DNA of 64,000 bases from Blastocatellia bacterium (GTDB lineage: Bacteria; Acidobacteriota; Blastocatellia; UBA7656): NCBI GenBank assembly GCA_963765495.1, contig CAVXWP010000006.1, positions 96,001 to 160,000 on the forward strand. The letters run 5' to 3'. The translations under genes were made by a program, and so were the position numbers. Shown here in pieces: positions 39,877 to 48,878 of this stretch. A model generated the notes under the pieces. That model was not told where the DNA came from and searched no databases. It saw nothing but the letters and a program-made list of their open reading frames with translations. The first letter of the stretch is position 1. Each line of letters starts with the position of its first letter.

Positions 39877-42231
39877 ATGGCCGCTCATAAGAAAGAAGTA
39901 TCCTCAACCCTCACCACCGAACCTCCCTTGATCCTTCTGGTCAACGATAATCTCTTACAACTCGACGCCATGAAGCTGCTCCTGAATCAGGAAGGGTATA
40001 GTGTGCGCACGGCCGTCAATGCCGAAGAGGCTCAGGATATGTTAAGTCGGATTTCACCGGACCTGATCATAAGCGATGTGGTGATGCCGGGGATGACGGG
40101 CATAGAGCTGTGTCGCCGGATCAAATCAAATCCGGCGCTGGCCGACGTGCCGATATTGCTTGTAACGGGGTTGCGTTACGACGATGCCGGCATAAGCGAA
40201 GGGTTTGAGGCGGGGGCGACCGATTATCTCGAAATTGACGGCCCGATAACGCTCTTTTGCAGGAAGGTTCAAAATCTGGTCAAACAGCGAAGGGAACACC
40301 TCGCTCGAATGCGCGTCGAAGAGTCGCTCAGAGAAAGCGAACAGCGATTCGAATTATTCATGCAGAACCTGCCGGGCGTGGCCTTTATAAAGGATTCCGA
40401 AAGTCGTCTCGTTTATGTAAACAAGACTTTTGAATCCCTGTTCAACCTTACGCGCGACCAGTGGAGCGGCAAATCCGATGATGAGTTATGGTCGCCCGAA
40501 ATCGCGGCGCAGTTTCAAGAATCAGACCGAAGGGTGTTCGAAAGCAATAAGTCTCTGGAAATAGTTGAAACGCTCCCTCACAAGGATGGGCTACATTACT
40601 GGTTGAGCACGAAATTCCCGATTCTGGAAAGCGAAGAAGGCGTAAGCCTCCTGGGCGGCATTTCTATAGACATCACCAATCGCAAACAGGTTGAGGAAGA
40701 GCTTAGAAAGAGCGAGCAGCAGCTTGCGCAGGCGCAGAAGATTGCGCATCTGGGCAGTTGGGACTGGGATTTAGTCACAAAGGAAGTCGGGTGGTCCGAT
40801 GAAGTGTTCTTGCTTCTGGGGTTTCGACCGCAATCGGTCGAAATCAACTATGAATTGATCTCGAAGATCTTCCCTCCTGATGAAATGATATTCGCCCGGC
40901 GGATGGTCGAAAAAATACTAAAAGACCATGAGCCGTTCAGTTATGAATCGAAAATCTCTCGATTGGATGGTCCCGACCTTATACTCCAAATAAGCGGGCA
41001 ACTGGTACGAGACGAGTCGGGCAACCCGGCCCGGCTCCTAGGAACGGTTCAGGACATAACCGAGCGCAAGCAACTGGAAGGGCAGCTGCGGCAGGCGCAA
41101 AAGATGGAGGCGATAGGCCGTCTGGCCGGCGGCATAGCTCACGATTTCAACAACCTGCTGACGGCCATTATCGGCTACAGCCAGCTTGCGCTTACCCGGC
41201 TCGAGCGAAAAGATTTTCCTTACAAAGAGATGGAAGAGATTCAAAAGGCGGGCGAGAGGGCGGCGGCCCTGACAGGCCAGCTTCTCGCATTCAGCCGCAA
41301 GCAGATTCTACAGCCCCGAGTGATTGATCTCAACATAATAGCCTCCGATATGGAGAAGATGATTCGACGGCTGATAGGCGAAGATATCACCGTCATTACA
41401 AATCTCGACCCGACGCCCGGGCGGGTGAGAGTCGATCCCATGCAGATCGAACAGGTGATGATGAATCTTGTGGTCAACGCCAGAGACGCAATGCCCGATG
41501 GCGGCACGATGATAATCGAGACTCAGGTGGTAGACCTTGACGAGGTTTATGCTCGCCATCATCTTGAAGTCAATCCCGGCCGCTACGTTATGCTGGCCGT
41601 CAGCGATACGGGCTGCGGTATGGACGCGGCTACGCTTGCTCGCGTCTTCGAGCCGTTCTTTACTACAAAGGAAAAAGGCAAGGGGACGGGATTGGGGCTT
41701 TCGACCGTTTACGGCATTATCAAGCAGTCGGGCGGCAGCATAATGATCTATAGCGAGCCCGGAAAGGGAAGCACTTTCAAGATATATCTGCCGCAGATAG
41801 ATGCTCCGGTCGAACAGGTGGAAGTTTTGGAGCCGCTGCCTCATCGATCAAGCGGCTCGGAAACCATACTGCTGGTCGAGGATGATGAGACGGTGCGCAC
41901 ACTTACGCGCAGTATTCTTGAGACATCCGGGTACAGCGTGCTCGAAGCTGCGAGCGGTGAGGAGGCCATCGGTATCTGCGATCAGCATTCCTCCTCGATA
42001 GACATGATAATAACCGATGTAGTGATGCCGAAGCTTGGCGGACCCCGGATGATCGAGCAAATAAGAGAGAAATGCCCGAACATGAGGGTGCTCTTTATGT
42101 CGGGATATACCGATAGCGCCTTTGTTCATCACGGGGCGTTTGATCCGGGTACGCCATTTCTTGAGAAGCCATTTACGCCCGTCGCCCTGATCCGAAAAGT
42201 GCGTGAGGTTCTGGATAGAACCTCGGAATAA
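39877..42231 (+). CDS. Hybrid sensor histidine kinase (REC-PAS-PAS-HisKA-HATPase-REC, CckA-like)
   Basis: AHDFNNLL H-box, PFFTTKEKGKGTGLGL, two PAS/PAC, N- and C-terminal receivers. Confidence 0.93.
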   Translation: MAAHKKEVSSTLTTEPPLILLVNDNLLQLDAMKLLLNQEGYSVRTAVNAEEAQDMLSRISPDLIISDVVMPGMTGIELCRRIKSNPALADVPILLVTGLRYDDAGISEGFEAGATDYLEIDGPITLFCRKVQNLVKQRREHLARMRVEESLRESEQRFELFMQNLPGVAFIKDSESRLVYVNKTFESLFNLTRDQWSGKSDDELWSPEIAAQFQESDRRVFESNKSLEIVETLPHKDGLHYWLSTKFPILESEEGVSLLGGISIDITNRKQVEEELRKSEQQLAQAQKIAHLGSWDWDLVTKEVGWSDEVFLLLGFRPQSVEINYELISKIFPPDEMIFARRMVEKILKDHEPFSYESKISRLDGPDLILQISGQLVRDESGNPARLLGTVQDITERKQLEGQLRQAQKMEAIGRLAGGIAHDFNNLLTAIIGYSQLALTRLERKDFPYKEMEEIQKAGERAAALTGQLLAFSRKQILQPRVIDLNIIASDMEKMIRRLIGEDITVITNLDPTPGRVRVDPMQIEQVMMNLVVNARDAMPDGGTMIIETQVVDLDEVYARHHLEVNPGRYVMLAVSDTGCGMDAATLARVFEPFFTTKEKGKGTGLGLSTVYGIIKQSGGSIMIYSEPGKGSTFKIYLPQIDAPVEQVEVLEPLPHRSSGSETILLVEDDETVRTLTRSILETSGYSVLEAASGEEAIGICDQHSSSIDMIITDVVMPKLGGPRMIEQIREKCPNMRVLFMSGYTDSAFVHHGAFDPGTPFLEKPFTPVALIRKVREVLDRTSE

Positions 42232-42390
42232 CGCTCTCTTCCCAACTATTCATATACCGGCAAGTAAGATGCAGTTCAAATCGGCTCTACTGTAGCCGTA
42301 TCTTTCGGCGAGCGCCCGGCATGGGAATTGCTCGTATTAGATTCTTTATGTACAGCCATAAATATTTTGAGGGGTGAAGAGGGAAAAGCA

Positions 42391-42882
42391 ATGAGCAATG
42401 AAGTGAAAGAGATGACTGATGAAGAGATTCACGGGCGCATTATAGAGCTTGGATTTGGCGGAGATAATCAATGTTTCATGAATTTTTGTGAGAAATTGCG
42501 AGCGGAACTGCCCTCGGGAACCGGCGTCGCCCTGCGCGGCAGCGTGATTACAAACGAGCGATATGCCGACGGGCTGCCGTTTGATGCGGACGGAAAGGGT
42601 ACAAGTGATCTGGATGTAACGCTCATCGGCAAAAAGGCGATGGAGTGTTGGGACAAGGACGAGTTCTATATTCCGGCGCTTCACACAAAGCCTCTGGGCG
42701 ACAAGACGCCGCATATCGCGCCCGCGCTTAATCCGCTCCGCGAACAGTTGCAGCAACTTGCGAAACGCCCGGTAAACTTTCAAGCCACGGCAAACATAAT
42801 CCTGTTCGGGCGAGACGTGTTGTTAAACGAGCCGTATTTTACGATCATCGAGGCGAGCGAAGAGGTAGGTGAAGAGGGGTGA
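42391..42882 (+). CDS. Hypothetical protein with Pol-beta-like nucleotidyltransferase motif
   Basis: VALRGSVIT...PFD...TSDLDVTLIG. Confidence 0.6.
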   Translation: MSNEVKEMTDEEIHGRIIELGFGGDNQCFMNFCEKLRAELPSGTGVALRGSVITNERYADGLPFDADGKGTSDLDVTLIGKKAMECWDKDEFYIPALHTKPLGDKTPHIAPALNPLREQLQQLAKRPVNFQATANIILFGRDVLLNEPYFTIIEASEEVGEEG

Positions 42883-43625
42883 CTCTCAGGTTGCTCAGCT
42901 ACAACATAAGGTTTGGAGGACGAGGGCGCGAAGCTCGGCTTACCGAAGTGATACGCAGAGTCGCACCTGATCTTGTCGTATTTCAGGAGGCGATTGACCC
43001 CCGTGTTATCGAAGAACTGGCCACGGCTACAGATTCGCCCTTCTGGGCGGCTCGCCCGGATCATTCCATAGGCTATATCAGTCGAATCGAGATTGCCCGT
43101 CACGAATGGCACTATCCGCGAGAAGCCAGACATTCATTTCTTGAGATCGTGATTGCTGGAAGCGAGGCCCGCGTCTTCGGGCTTCATTTGCGCGCGATGT
43201 TTTCGAAGTGGACCGAACGTCAACGAGCAAGAGAGATACGCGCATTGCTTGAAAGCATCAGGGCGCACGAGGAAGGGTTTCATCTGCTGGCGGGCGATTT
43301 CAACGCGCTTGCGCCCGGAGCCTTGCTTGAGGTCAAGAGAATGCCCGCCTGGATTCGCGCCATGATCTGGATGAGCGGGCGCGAAATCCAGCGAGAGACC
43401 ATACAAACCCTGCTCGATGCCGATTACATAGACAGTCACCGTTTTCTCAACCCGTCAGAAAGCGGTTCGACATTTCCCACCTGGGACCCTCATCTGCGGC
43501 TCGATTACATCTTTGCGCCGGCGCGATTCGCAGACCGCGTAAAATCGTGCCGGGTCATAAACGACCTCGCGGAAGTAAATTTAGCCTCTGATCATTTCCC
43601 GCTTCTTGCAGAGATCGATTTCTGA
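42879..43625 (+). CDS. Endonuclease/exonuclease/phosphatase (EEP) family protein
   Basis: SYNI, FQE, GDFN, LDYIF, SDHFP; GTGA overlap with upstream gene. Confidence 0.92.
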   Translation: MTLRLLSYNIRFGGRGREARLTEVIRRVAPDLVVFQEAIDPRVIEELATATDSPFWAARPDHSIGYISRIEIARHEWHYPREARHSFLEIVIAGSEARVFGLHLRAMFSKWTERQRAREIRALLESIRAHEEGFHLLAGDFNALAPGALLEVKRMPAWIRAMIWMSGREIQRETIQTLLDADYIDSHRFLNPSESGSTFPTWDPHLRLDYIFAPARFADRVKSCRVINDLAEVNLASDHFPLLAEIDF

Positions 43626-43696
43626 CGGATTAACAGGATTTGGATAGATTCGACAAGATTCGCTGTTAATCTTTTGAAATCCTGTCAATCCTGTCA
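43623..43696. repeat. Periodic palindrome, ACAGGATT family
   Basis: TGACGGATTAACAGGATTT...AAATCCTGTCAATCCTGTCA. Confidence 0.75.
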
Positions 43697-43713
43697 AAAC
43701 ATTCGGAGCAGGA

Positions 43714-44457
43714 CTATTTATTGAGCGCCGATAGTCGCGCGGAAAGACGCCCGCCTTCGTGGCAGCTTAAACAGGTGATGCCGCTCGATGCGGCTACCTT
43801 TGGATTCTCTTTCCATTTCTTTGCCACCGGCTCATAAGGAGTTCCGGCGAGCACTTCGATCATCTTGTCCAGATACATCGCAAGTTCTTCCTTGCGCCCG
43901 GTTCGCTCGGCCGATTGCGCAAGCCCGCCTAAAAGCTCACCTCGAATGTGCACGGGGAGGCGATCTAAGAATTTGGACTGCTGTTTCCAGAGCGCCAGAT
44001 ATGAGTCATAAGCCTGTGACCACGCGGAGGCGCGGTATTTCTCGGGCAAGCGGTCGGCGAAGACCGCGAAACTACCTCCGGTGACTGCCGCGACTCCGCC
44101 GCCATCGGGGTCAAGCCGGTGAGCCTCGGCAAAGAGGTCGAGCGCGCGGCGATAAGTCTGTTCGAACTCATCGTTTTGTTTGTTCTCGTAAGCGCGCACC
44201 GCGCGGTAGAGCGTAGCTCCTCCCTGCCAGGTCAGCAGATCGGCCTTTGCGTCGGGCCGTTTTTCCAGAAGCAACTGGATGTTCTTCTCGCCCCTTGTAA
44301 ATTTCTCCATATCATCTGCCAGAAAGCCCGCGAAGATGTCTTCGCGCACAAGCGTGTGAATCGTAAGCCGGGTGTCGGAAATCGGCGGGTCGGGTGACTG
44401 CGCCATCGCCACGGTCACAAACACTATCACGATAAGAAGTTTGCTGAATTTGAGCAT
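43714..44457 (-). CDS. Exported helical protein with C-terminal CXXCH (putative monoheme cytochrome c)
   Basis: Signal peptide; ITCLSCHE near C-terminus. Confidence 0.7.
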   Translation of the reverse strand: MLKFSKLLIVIVFVTVAMAQSPDPPISDTRLTIHTLVREDIFAGFLADDMEKFTRGEKNIQLLLEKRPDAKADLLTWQGGATLYRAVRAYENKQNDEFEQTYRRALDLFAEAHRLDPDGGGVAAVTGGSFAVFADRLPEKYRASAWSQAYDSYLALWKQQSKFLDRLPVHIRGELLGGLAQSAERTGRKEELAMYLDKMIEVLAGTPYEPVAKKWKENPKVAASSGITCLSCHEGGRLSARLSALNK

Positions 44458-44642
44458 AGTTTGCGTCTCCTGAGTTAAAAACAGATTGCCGGTCAGTCTA
44501 ACCCCAATCTGATCTGAGAATCAATAAAGTAGCGTCATCATTGATCTGCTCTCGTGCTTGAGGCTATATGATTACGTCACGACCCGTGGGTTTGTTTCTT
44601 TCAAGTTTGAAATCTCGGATGAGCGTGGATGAGTGCGAGTGT

Positions 44643-44696
44643 GCTTTGCGTAAGGGCGGGCAACAGGTTCTCGCAAAGCCGCAAAGCCGCAAAGCA
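44643..44696. repeat. CGCAAAG-family repeat
   Basis: GCTTTGCG...TCGCAAAGCCGCAAAGCCGCAAAGC; CAGGTTCTCGCAAAG identical to 10779-10793. Confidence 0.6.
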
Positions 44697-44754
44697 TTTT
44701 CACGAGATTCAATTGCTCGGATAAATCGCTCGGCGGGCTTTTCGGATAAGCGCG

Positions 44755-44783
44755 TTGAAAGGCACCCGCCCTTTTGTTATCTT
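44755..44783 (+). promoter_or_regulatory. Putative sigma70 promoter for second sdhCAB
   Basis: TTGAAA-17 nt-TATCTT with TG extended -10. Confidence 0.45.
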
Positions 44784-44851
44784 GAGTGGGCGACTCTGCT
44801 GGTCGTAAATATCGGAAACCTGCTCGCGCGATCTTTCAGGAGACTACTCTT

Positions 44852-45517
44852 ATGGCTATAAATTTTTCGGGCCATTTTGTGTTGCGCAAACTTCACCAGC
44901 TAACCGGAGTCTTGCCGCTCGGAATATTTCTCATCGAACACCTCTATACAAACTCGAAGGCGCTCGGGTCAATCGCGGCGGGTAAATCCGGCGAGCAGTT
45001 GTACAACCAATCCGTGGCCGATCTGCAATCAATTCCTTATATCATCTTCGTGGAAATACTGGGCATATTCGTGCCGCTCATCTATCACGCGGTCTACGGA
45101 CTTGTAATCACTTACGAAGGCCGCCCAAACGTAGGCGCTTACGGATACGGGCGCAACTGGATGTACTTCCTCCAGCGAGTGACGGGCGTGATACTGTTTG
45201 TCTTTATCACCTTTCACGTATTGAATTTCAGATTCGGACTTATCCCCAGACTGAATACCATTTCAGTCGCAGAGCACCCGGACATGGCCTACAGCATCGT
45301 GAGGGGCGAATTCTTTGATCCGGTGATACTGACCATCTACATTATAGGCATCACCTCGACCACTTATCATTTCGCCAACGGGCTGTGGTTATTTCTGGTT
45401 GACTGGGGCGTGGCCGTAGGCCAGCGCGCGCAACGATTGATCGGATATGCCTGCGCTGCAATAGGCGTGGCGCTCACTTTCGCAGGCATAAATGCGGCGC
45501 TCGCATTCATTCGGTAA
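44852..45517 (+). CDS. sdhC: Succinate dehydrogenase cytochrome b558 subunit (Bacillus-type)
   Basis: LRKLHQLTGVLPLG, LQRVTG..FHV, YHFANGLW. Confidence 0.92.
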   Translation: MAINFSGHFVLRKLHQLTGVLPLGIFLIEHLYTNSKALGSIAAGKSGEQLYNQSVADLQSIPYIIFVEILGIFVPLIYHAVYGLVITYEGRPNVGAYGYGRNWMYFLQRVTGVILFVFITFHVLNFRFGLIPRLNTISVAEHPDMAYSIVRGEFFDPVILTIYIIGITSTTYHFANGLWLFLVDWGVAVGQRAQRLIGYACAAIGVALTFAGINAALAFIR

Positions 45518-45538
45518 TGGATAAAGACAGGTGGGAAG

Positions 45539-47440
45539 ATGGCAAAAGGTGAATTGAGAATCGCGGTCGTCGGAGGTGGACTTGCCGGGCTTATGACCGT
45601 CATCAAGATAGCCGAGCTTGGTCACAAGGTTGATCTGTTCTCGCTCGTCCCCGTCAGGCGGTCGCATTCGGTCTGCGCGCAGGGCGGCATCAACGGCGCG
45701 GTCAATACAAAAGGCGAAGGCGATTCTCCGTGGATTCATTTCGATGACACGATCTATGGCGGCGATTTTCTGGCAAATCAACCTCCCGTAAAAGCCATGT
45801 GCGAAATGGCTCCGGCAATCATCTATATGTTTGACCGCATGGGCGTGCCTTTCTCGCGCACGATGGAAGGGTTACTCGATTTCCGCAGATTCGGCGGAAC
45901 GAAATTCAATCGAACCGCCTTTGCGGGCGCATCGACCGGACAGCAATTGCTGTACGCGCTCGATGAACAGGTGCGCCGATACGAAGTTCAGGGGCTGGTG
46001 ACGAAGTACGAATGGTGGGAATTTTTGTCCGCGGTCCTCGACGATAATCAGGTATGCCGGGGGCTTACGGCGATGAACCTGCGCACGCTCGAAACAGCCT
46101 CTTTCGCCGCCGACGCGATAGTGATGGCCACGGGCGGTATAGGCTCGATCTTCGGCAAATCTACAAACTCAGTTATATGCACGGGGTCGGCTCAATCGGC
46201 CCTGTATCAGCAGGGCGTCAAGTACGCAAACGGCGAATTTATACAGGTGCATCCGACCGCGATACCGGGCGAAGACAAACTCCGATTGATGTCGGAATCG
46301 GCTCGCGGCGAAGGCGGGCGCGTGTGGGTTCCGCGCATTCAGGGCGACGAGCGCGAACCAAGATCGATTCCCGAATCCGAGCGATGGTATTTTCTGGAAG
46401 AGAAGTATCCCGGCTACGGCAATCTTGTGCCGCGCGACATCGCCACCCGCGAAATATTTCAGGTCTGCCTGGACGGGTACGGCATACGCGGGGGCCGAAT
46501 GGTCTATCTCGACCTGACGCACATCCCTACGGAAACGCTCGACCGCAAACTCGGAGCGATACTTGAAATCTACGAGAAATTCGTAGGCGTGGACCCTCGC
46601 TCAAACCCTATGATGATCTTCCCCGGGATGCACTACACGATGGGCGGCATCTGGGTTGATTACGATCAGATGACAAACGTACCGGGAGTATTCGCCGTGG
46701 GCGAATGCGACTACACGATTCACGGCGCGAATCGGCTGGGCGCAAATTCGCTGGTCAGTTGCGTGTACGCAGGCGTTGTGGCAGGGCCTGCCGTGGTCAG
46801 ATACGCCGAAGGAAACGGACGAGGTGAAACCTTAAACGGGCTGCACGAAAGCGAGGCCCATCGGCAGGCCGCGATCAATCAGGAACTGATGAACCGGCGG
46901 GGAGGCGAGAACGCTTATCTGCTGCACGAAGAGATGGGGCAGTGGATGACTGAAAACGTCACAGTCATTCGCTTCAATGACAGACTCGAACAGACGGACG
47001 CAAAACTACAGGAATTGATCGAGCGGTTCGATAATATAGACTTAAACGAGAATATTTACTGGGCCACGCAGGCGCTGCCGCACGCGCGCGAGCTTTACAA
47101 TATGCTGCATCTGGCTCGCGCAATCACGCGGGGGGCGCTTGGTCGCAACGAGTCTCGCGGCGCTCACTACAAGCCGGATTTCCCCGAGCGCAACGATGCG
47201 GAATTCTTAAAGACAACCATCGCAACCTTCACCGCAGAAGGGCCGGAACTCAGTTACGAGCCGGTGGATATTTCGCTCCTCCCTCCGCGAGCGCGGACAT
47301 ACGGCGAAGCAAAACAGGGGCCTGCGGTCTCTTCGGAGCAGGTCGCGCCAAATGATTTGCAGATCGAGCTTAAATACGAGCAGGAGCGCGAAGGGCGCGA
47401 GCATCCATTCGAGGACGCAAGCAAAAACGTCGAATCATAA
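45539..47440 (+). CDS. sdhA: Succinate dehydrogenase flavoprotein (Bacillus-type)
   Basis: [42 protein letters not shown]. Confidence 0.95.
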   Translation: MAKGELRIAVVGGGLAGLMTVIKIAELGHKVDLFSLVPVRRSHSVCAQGGINGAVNTKGEGDSPWIHFDDTIYGGDFLANQPPVKAMCEMAPAIIYMFDRMGVPFSRTMEGLLDFRRFGGTKFNRTAFAGASTGQQLLYALDEQVRRYEVQGLVTKYEWWEFLSAVLDDNQVCRGLTAMNLRTLETASFAADAIVMATGGIGSIFGKSTNSVICTGSAQSALYQQGVKYANGEFIQVHPTAIPGEDKLRLMSESARGEGGRVWVPRIQGDEREPRSIPESERWYFLEEKYPGYGNLVPRDIATREIFQVCLDGYGIRGGRMVYLDLTHIPTETLDRKLGAILEIYEKFVGVDPRSNPMMIFPGMHYTMGGIWVDYDQMTNVPGVFAVGECDYTIHGANRLGANSLVSCVYAGVVAGPAVVRYAEGNGRGETLNGLHESEAHRQAAINQELMNRRGGENAYLLHEEMGQWMTENVTVIRFNDRLEQTDAKLQELIERFDNIDLNENIYWATQALPHARELYNMLHLARAITRGALGRNESRGAHYKPDFPERNDAEFLKTTIATFTAEGPELSYEPVDISLLPPRARTYGEAKQGPAVSSEQVAPNDLQIELKYEQEREGREHPFEDASKNVES

Positions 47441-47449
47441 GAGGAGAGT

Positions 47450-48196
47450 ATGGCAGGCACAATCAGGCTGAAGATCAGGCGACAGGACGGCGCAGGGACC
47501 GAGAGTTACTGGGAAGAGTTCGACGCTCCTTACCGCAGAGGCGTAAATGTACTGACCTGTTTGATGGACATTCAAAAGAATCCTGTGAATGCTCGTGGGC
47601 AAAAGACTACGGCTGTGGTGTGGGACTCGAACTGTCTGGAAGAGGTTTGCGGCGCGTGCTCTATGCTGATCAACGGGCGCGCAAGGCAAGGGTGTACGGC
47701 GCTCGTGGACCAACTGGATACCCCCATCACGCTTGAGCCCATGACTAAATTTCCAGTCATCCGCGATTTGATAGTTGACCGCTCCGTGATGTTTGAAAAC
47801 CTCAAGAAGGTGCACGCTTGGATAGACATAGACGGCACTTATGAACTGGGACCGGGGCCGCGCGTGGCACCCGAAACACAGGCGGCGCGTTACGACATGT
47901 CGCGCTGCATGACTTGCGGCGTGTGTCTGGAGGTCTGCCCGCAGGTCAACCCGCACTCGAAATTCATAGGTCCCGCGGCGCTCAATCAGGTGCGTCTGTT
48001 CAACGAGCACCCGACGGGCGAGATGCACAAAGACGCAAGATTGAATGCCATCATGCAGCCGGGCGGCATCACCGATTGCGGCAACGCGCAAAATTGCGTC
48101 AAGGCCTGTCCGAAAGAGATACCTCTGACCGATTCTATCGCCTACCTTTACCGCGAGACGACCTGGCACGGGTTGTTTGGCTGGCTCAAAAAATGA
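47450..48196 (+). CDS. sdhB: Succinate dehydrogenase Fe-S subunit (Bacillus-type)
   Basis: CLEEVCGAC, CMTCGVCLEVCP, CGNAQNCVKACP. Confidence 0.95.
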   Translation: MAGTIRLKIRRQDGAGTESYWEEFDAPYRRGVNVLTCLMDIQKNPVNARGQKTTAVVWDSNCLEEVCGACSMLINGRARQGCTALVDQLDTPITLEPMTKFPVIRDLIVDRSVMFENLKKVHAWIDIDGTYELGPGPRVAPETQAARYDMSRCMTCGVCLEVCPQVNPHSKFIGPAALNQVRLFNEHPTGEMHKDARLNAIMQPGGITDCGNAQNCVKACPKEIPLTDSIAYLYRETTWHGLFGWLKK

Positions 48197-48210
48197 TAAG
48201 CGACCAGTTT

Positions 48211-48280
48211 TTTTGACAGGATTAACAGGATTTTTAAGGATTTAACCCTGTTCTCTTTTAGTCTTGGTAATTCTGTCAAA
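48211..48280. repeat. Periodic palindrome, ACAGGATT family (degenerate right arm)
   Basis: TTTTGACAGGATTAACAGGATTTT...AATTCTGTCAAA. Confidence 0.7.
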
Positions 48281-48292
48281 GTCTTTTTCGAT

Positions 48293-48649
48293 TCAGATAC
48301 GGCCGAGTCTGCGGGCCAGTCCTCTGGCTATCCCTATTATGTGTTCCTGCGCTTCGAGCGGACGGTTTCCGATAGGCGTTTCCAGATAGCCGGGTTCCGC
48401 CATCAGCCCCACGCGCACATTGCCTGCCTCTTCGATCAGGACAATATCGCCTGCCTCGCCCGCCGTGCCTTCGGAAAAGAGTATGATGTCGCCTATGATC
48501 AACCCTTTTTCCGGCCAGCCGTGATTTATCATCACGCACTCGTAATCCCCTTCGGGTACGTGAAGCAATTGCTTGAACACATCGCCCTCGCCTACGCTGA
48601 TTTTCACCCGCGCTCTGTTGCCGTCCGCCGTAGTCTCTTCGTTTTCCAT
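48293..48649 (-). CDS. Small protein resembling a degenerate S24 (LexA/UmuD C-terminal) fold
   Basis: GLIIGDIILF...GDIVLIE...IIGIARGLAR pattern. Confidence 0.5.
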   Translation of the reverse strand: MENEETTADGNRARVKISVGEGDVFKQLLHVPEGDYECVMINHGWPEKGLIIGDIILFSEGTAGEAGDIVLIEEAGNVRVGLMAEPGYLETPIGNRPLEAQEHIIGIARGLARRLGRI

Positions 48650-48878
48650 ATCGAATCAATCATCCTTTGATAAAAAGATAGCATACCGAAGACCGCTCGC
48701 AATAATTGAATCCTGCGCGGCAAGGCGTGTCAATCTCCGAGCATTTCCCGCGCTAATTTTTAACGCAGATTTTAAACGTGACAGGTGCGCGCCGATTACC
48801 GAAAGCATGGCATTCGATTTGCCCCTCTTTATAGTTAAGAGTGAATATTGAATCGATATGGAACGATCCGGGTGAGTT

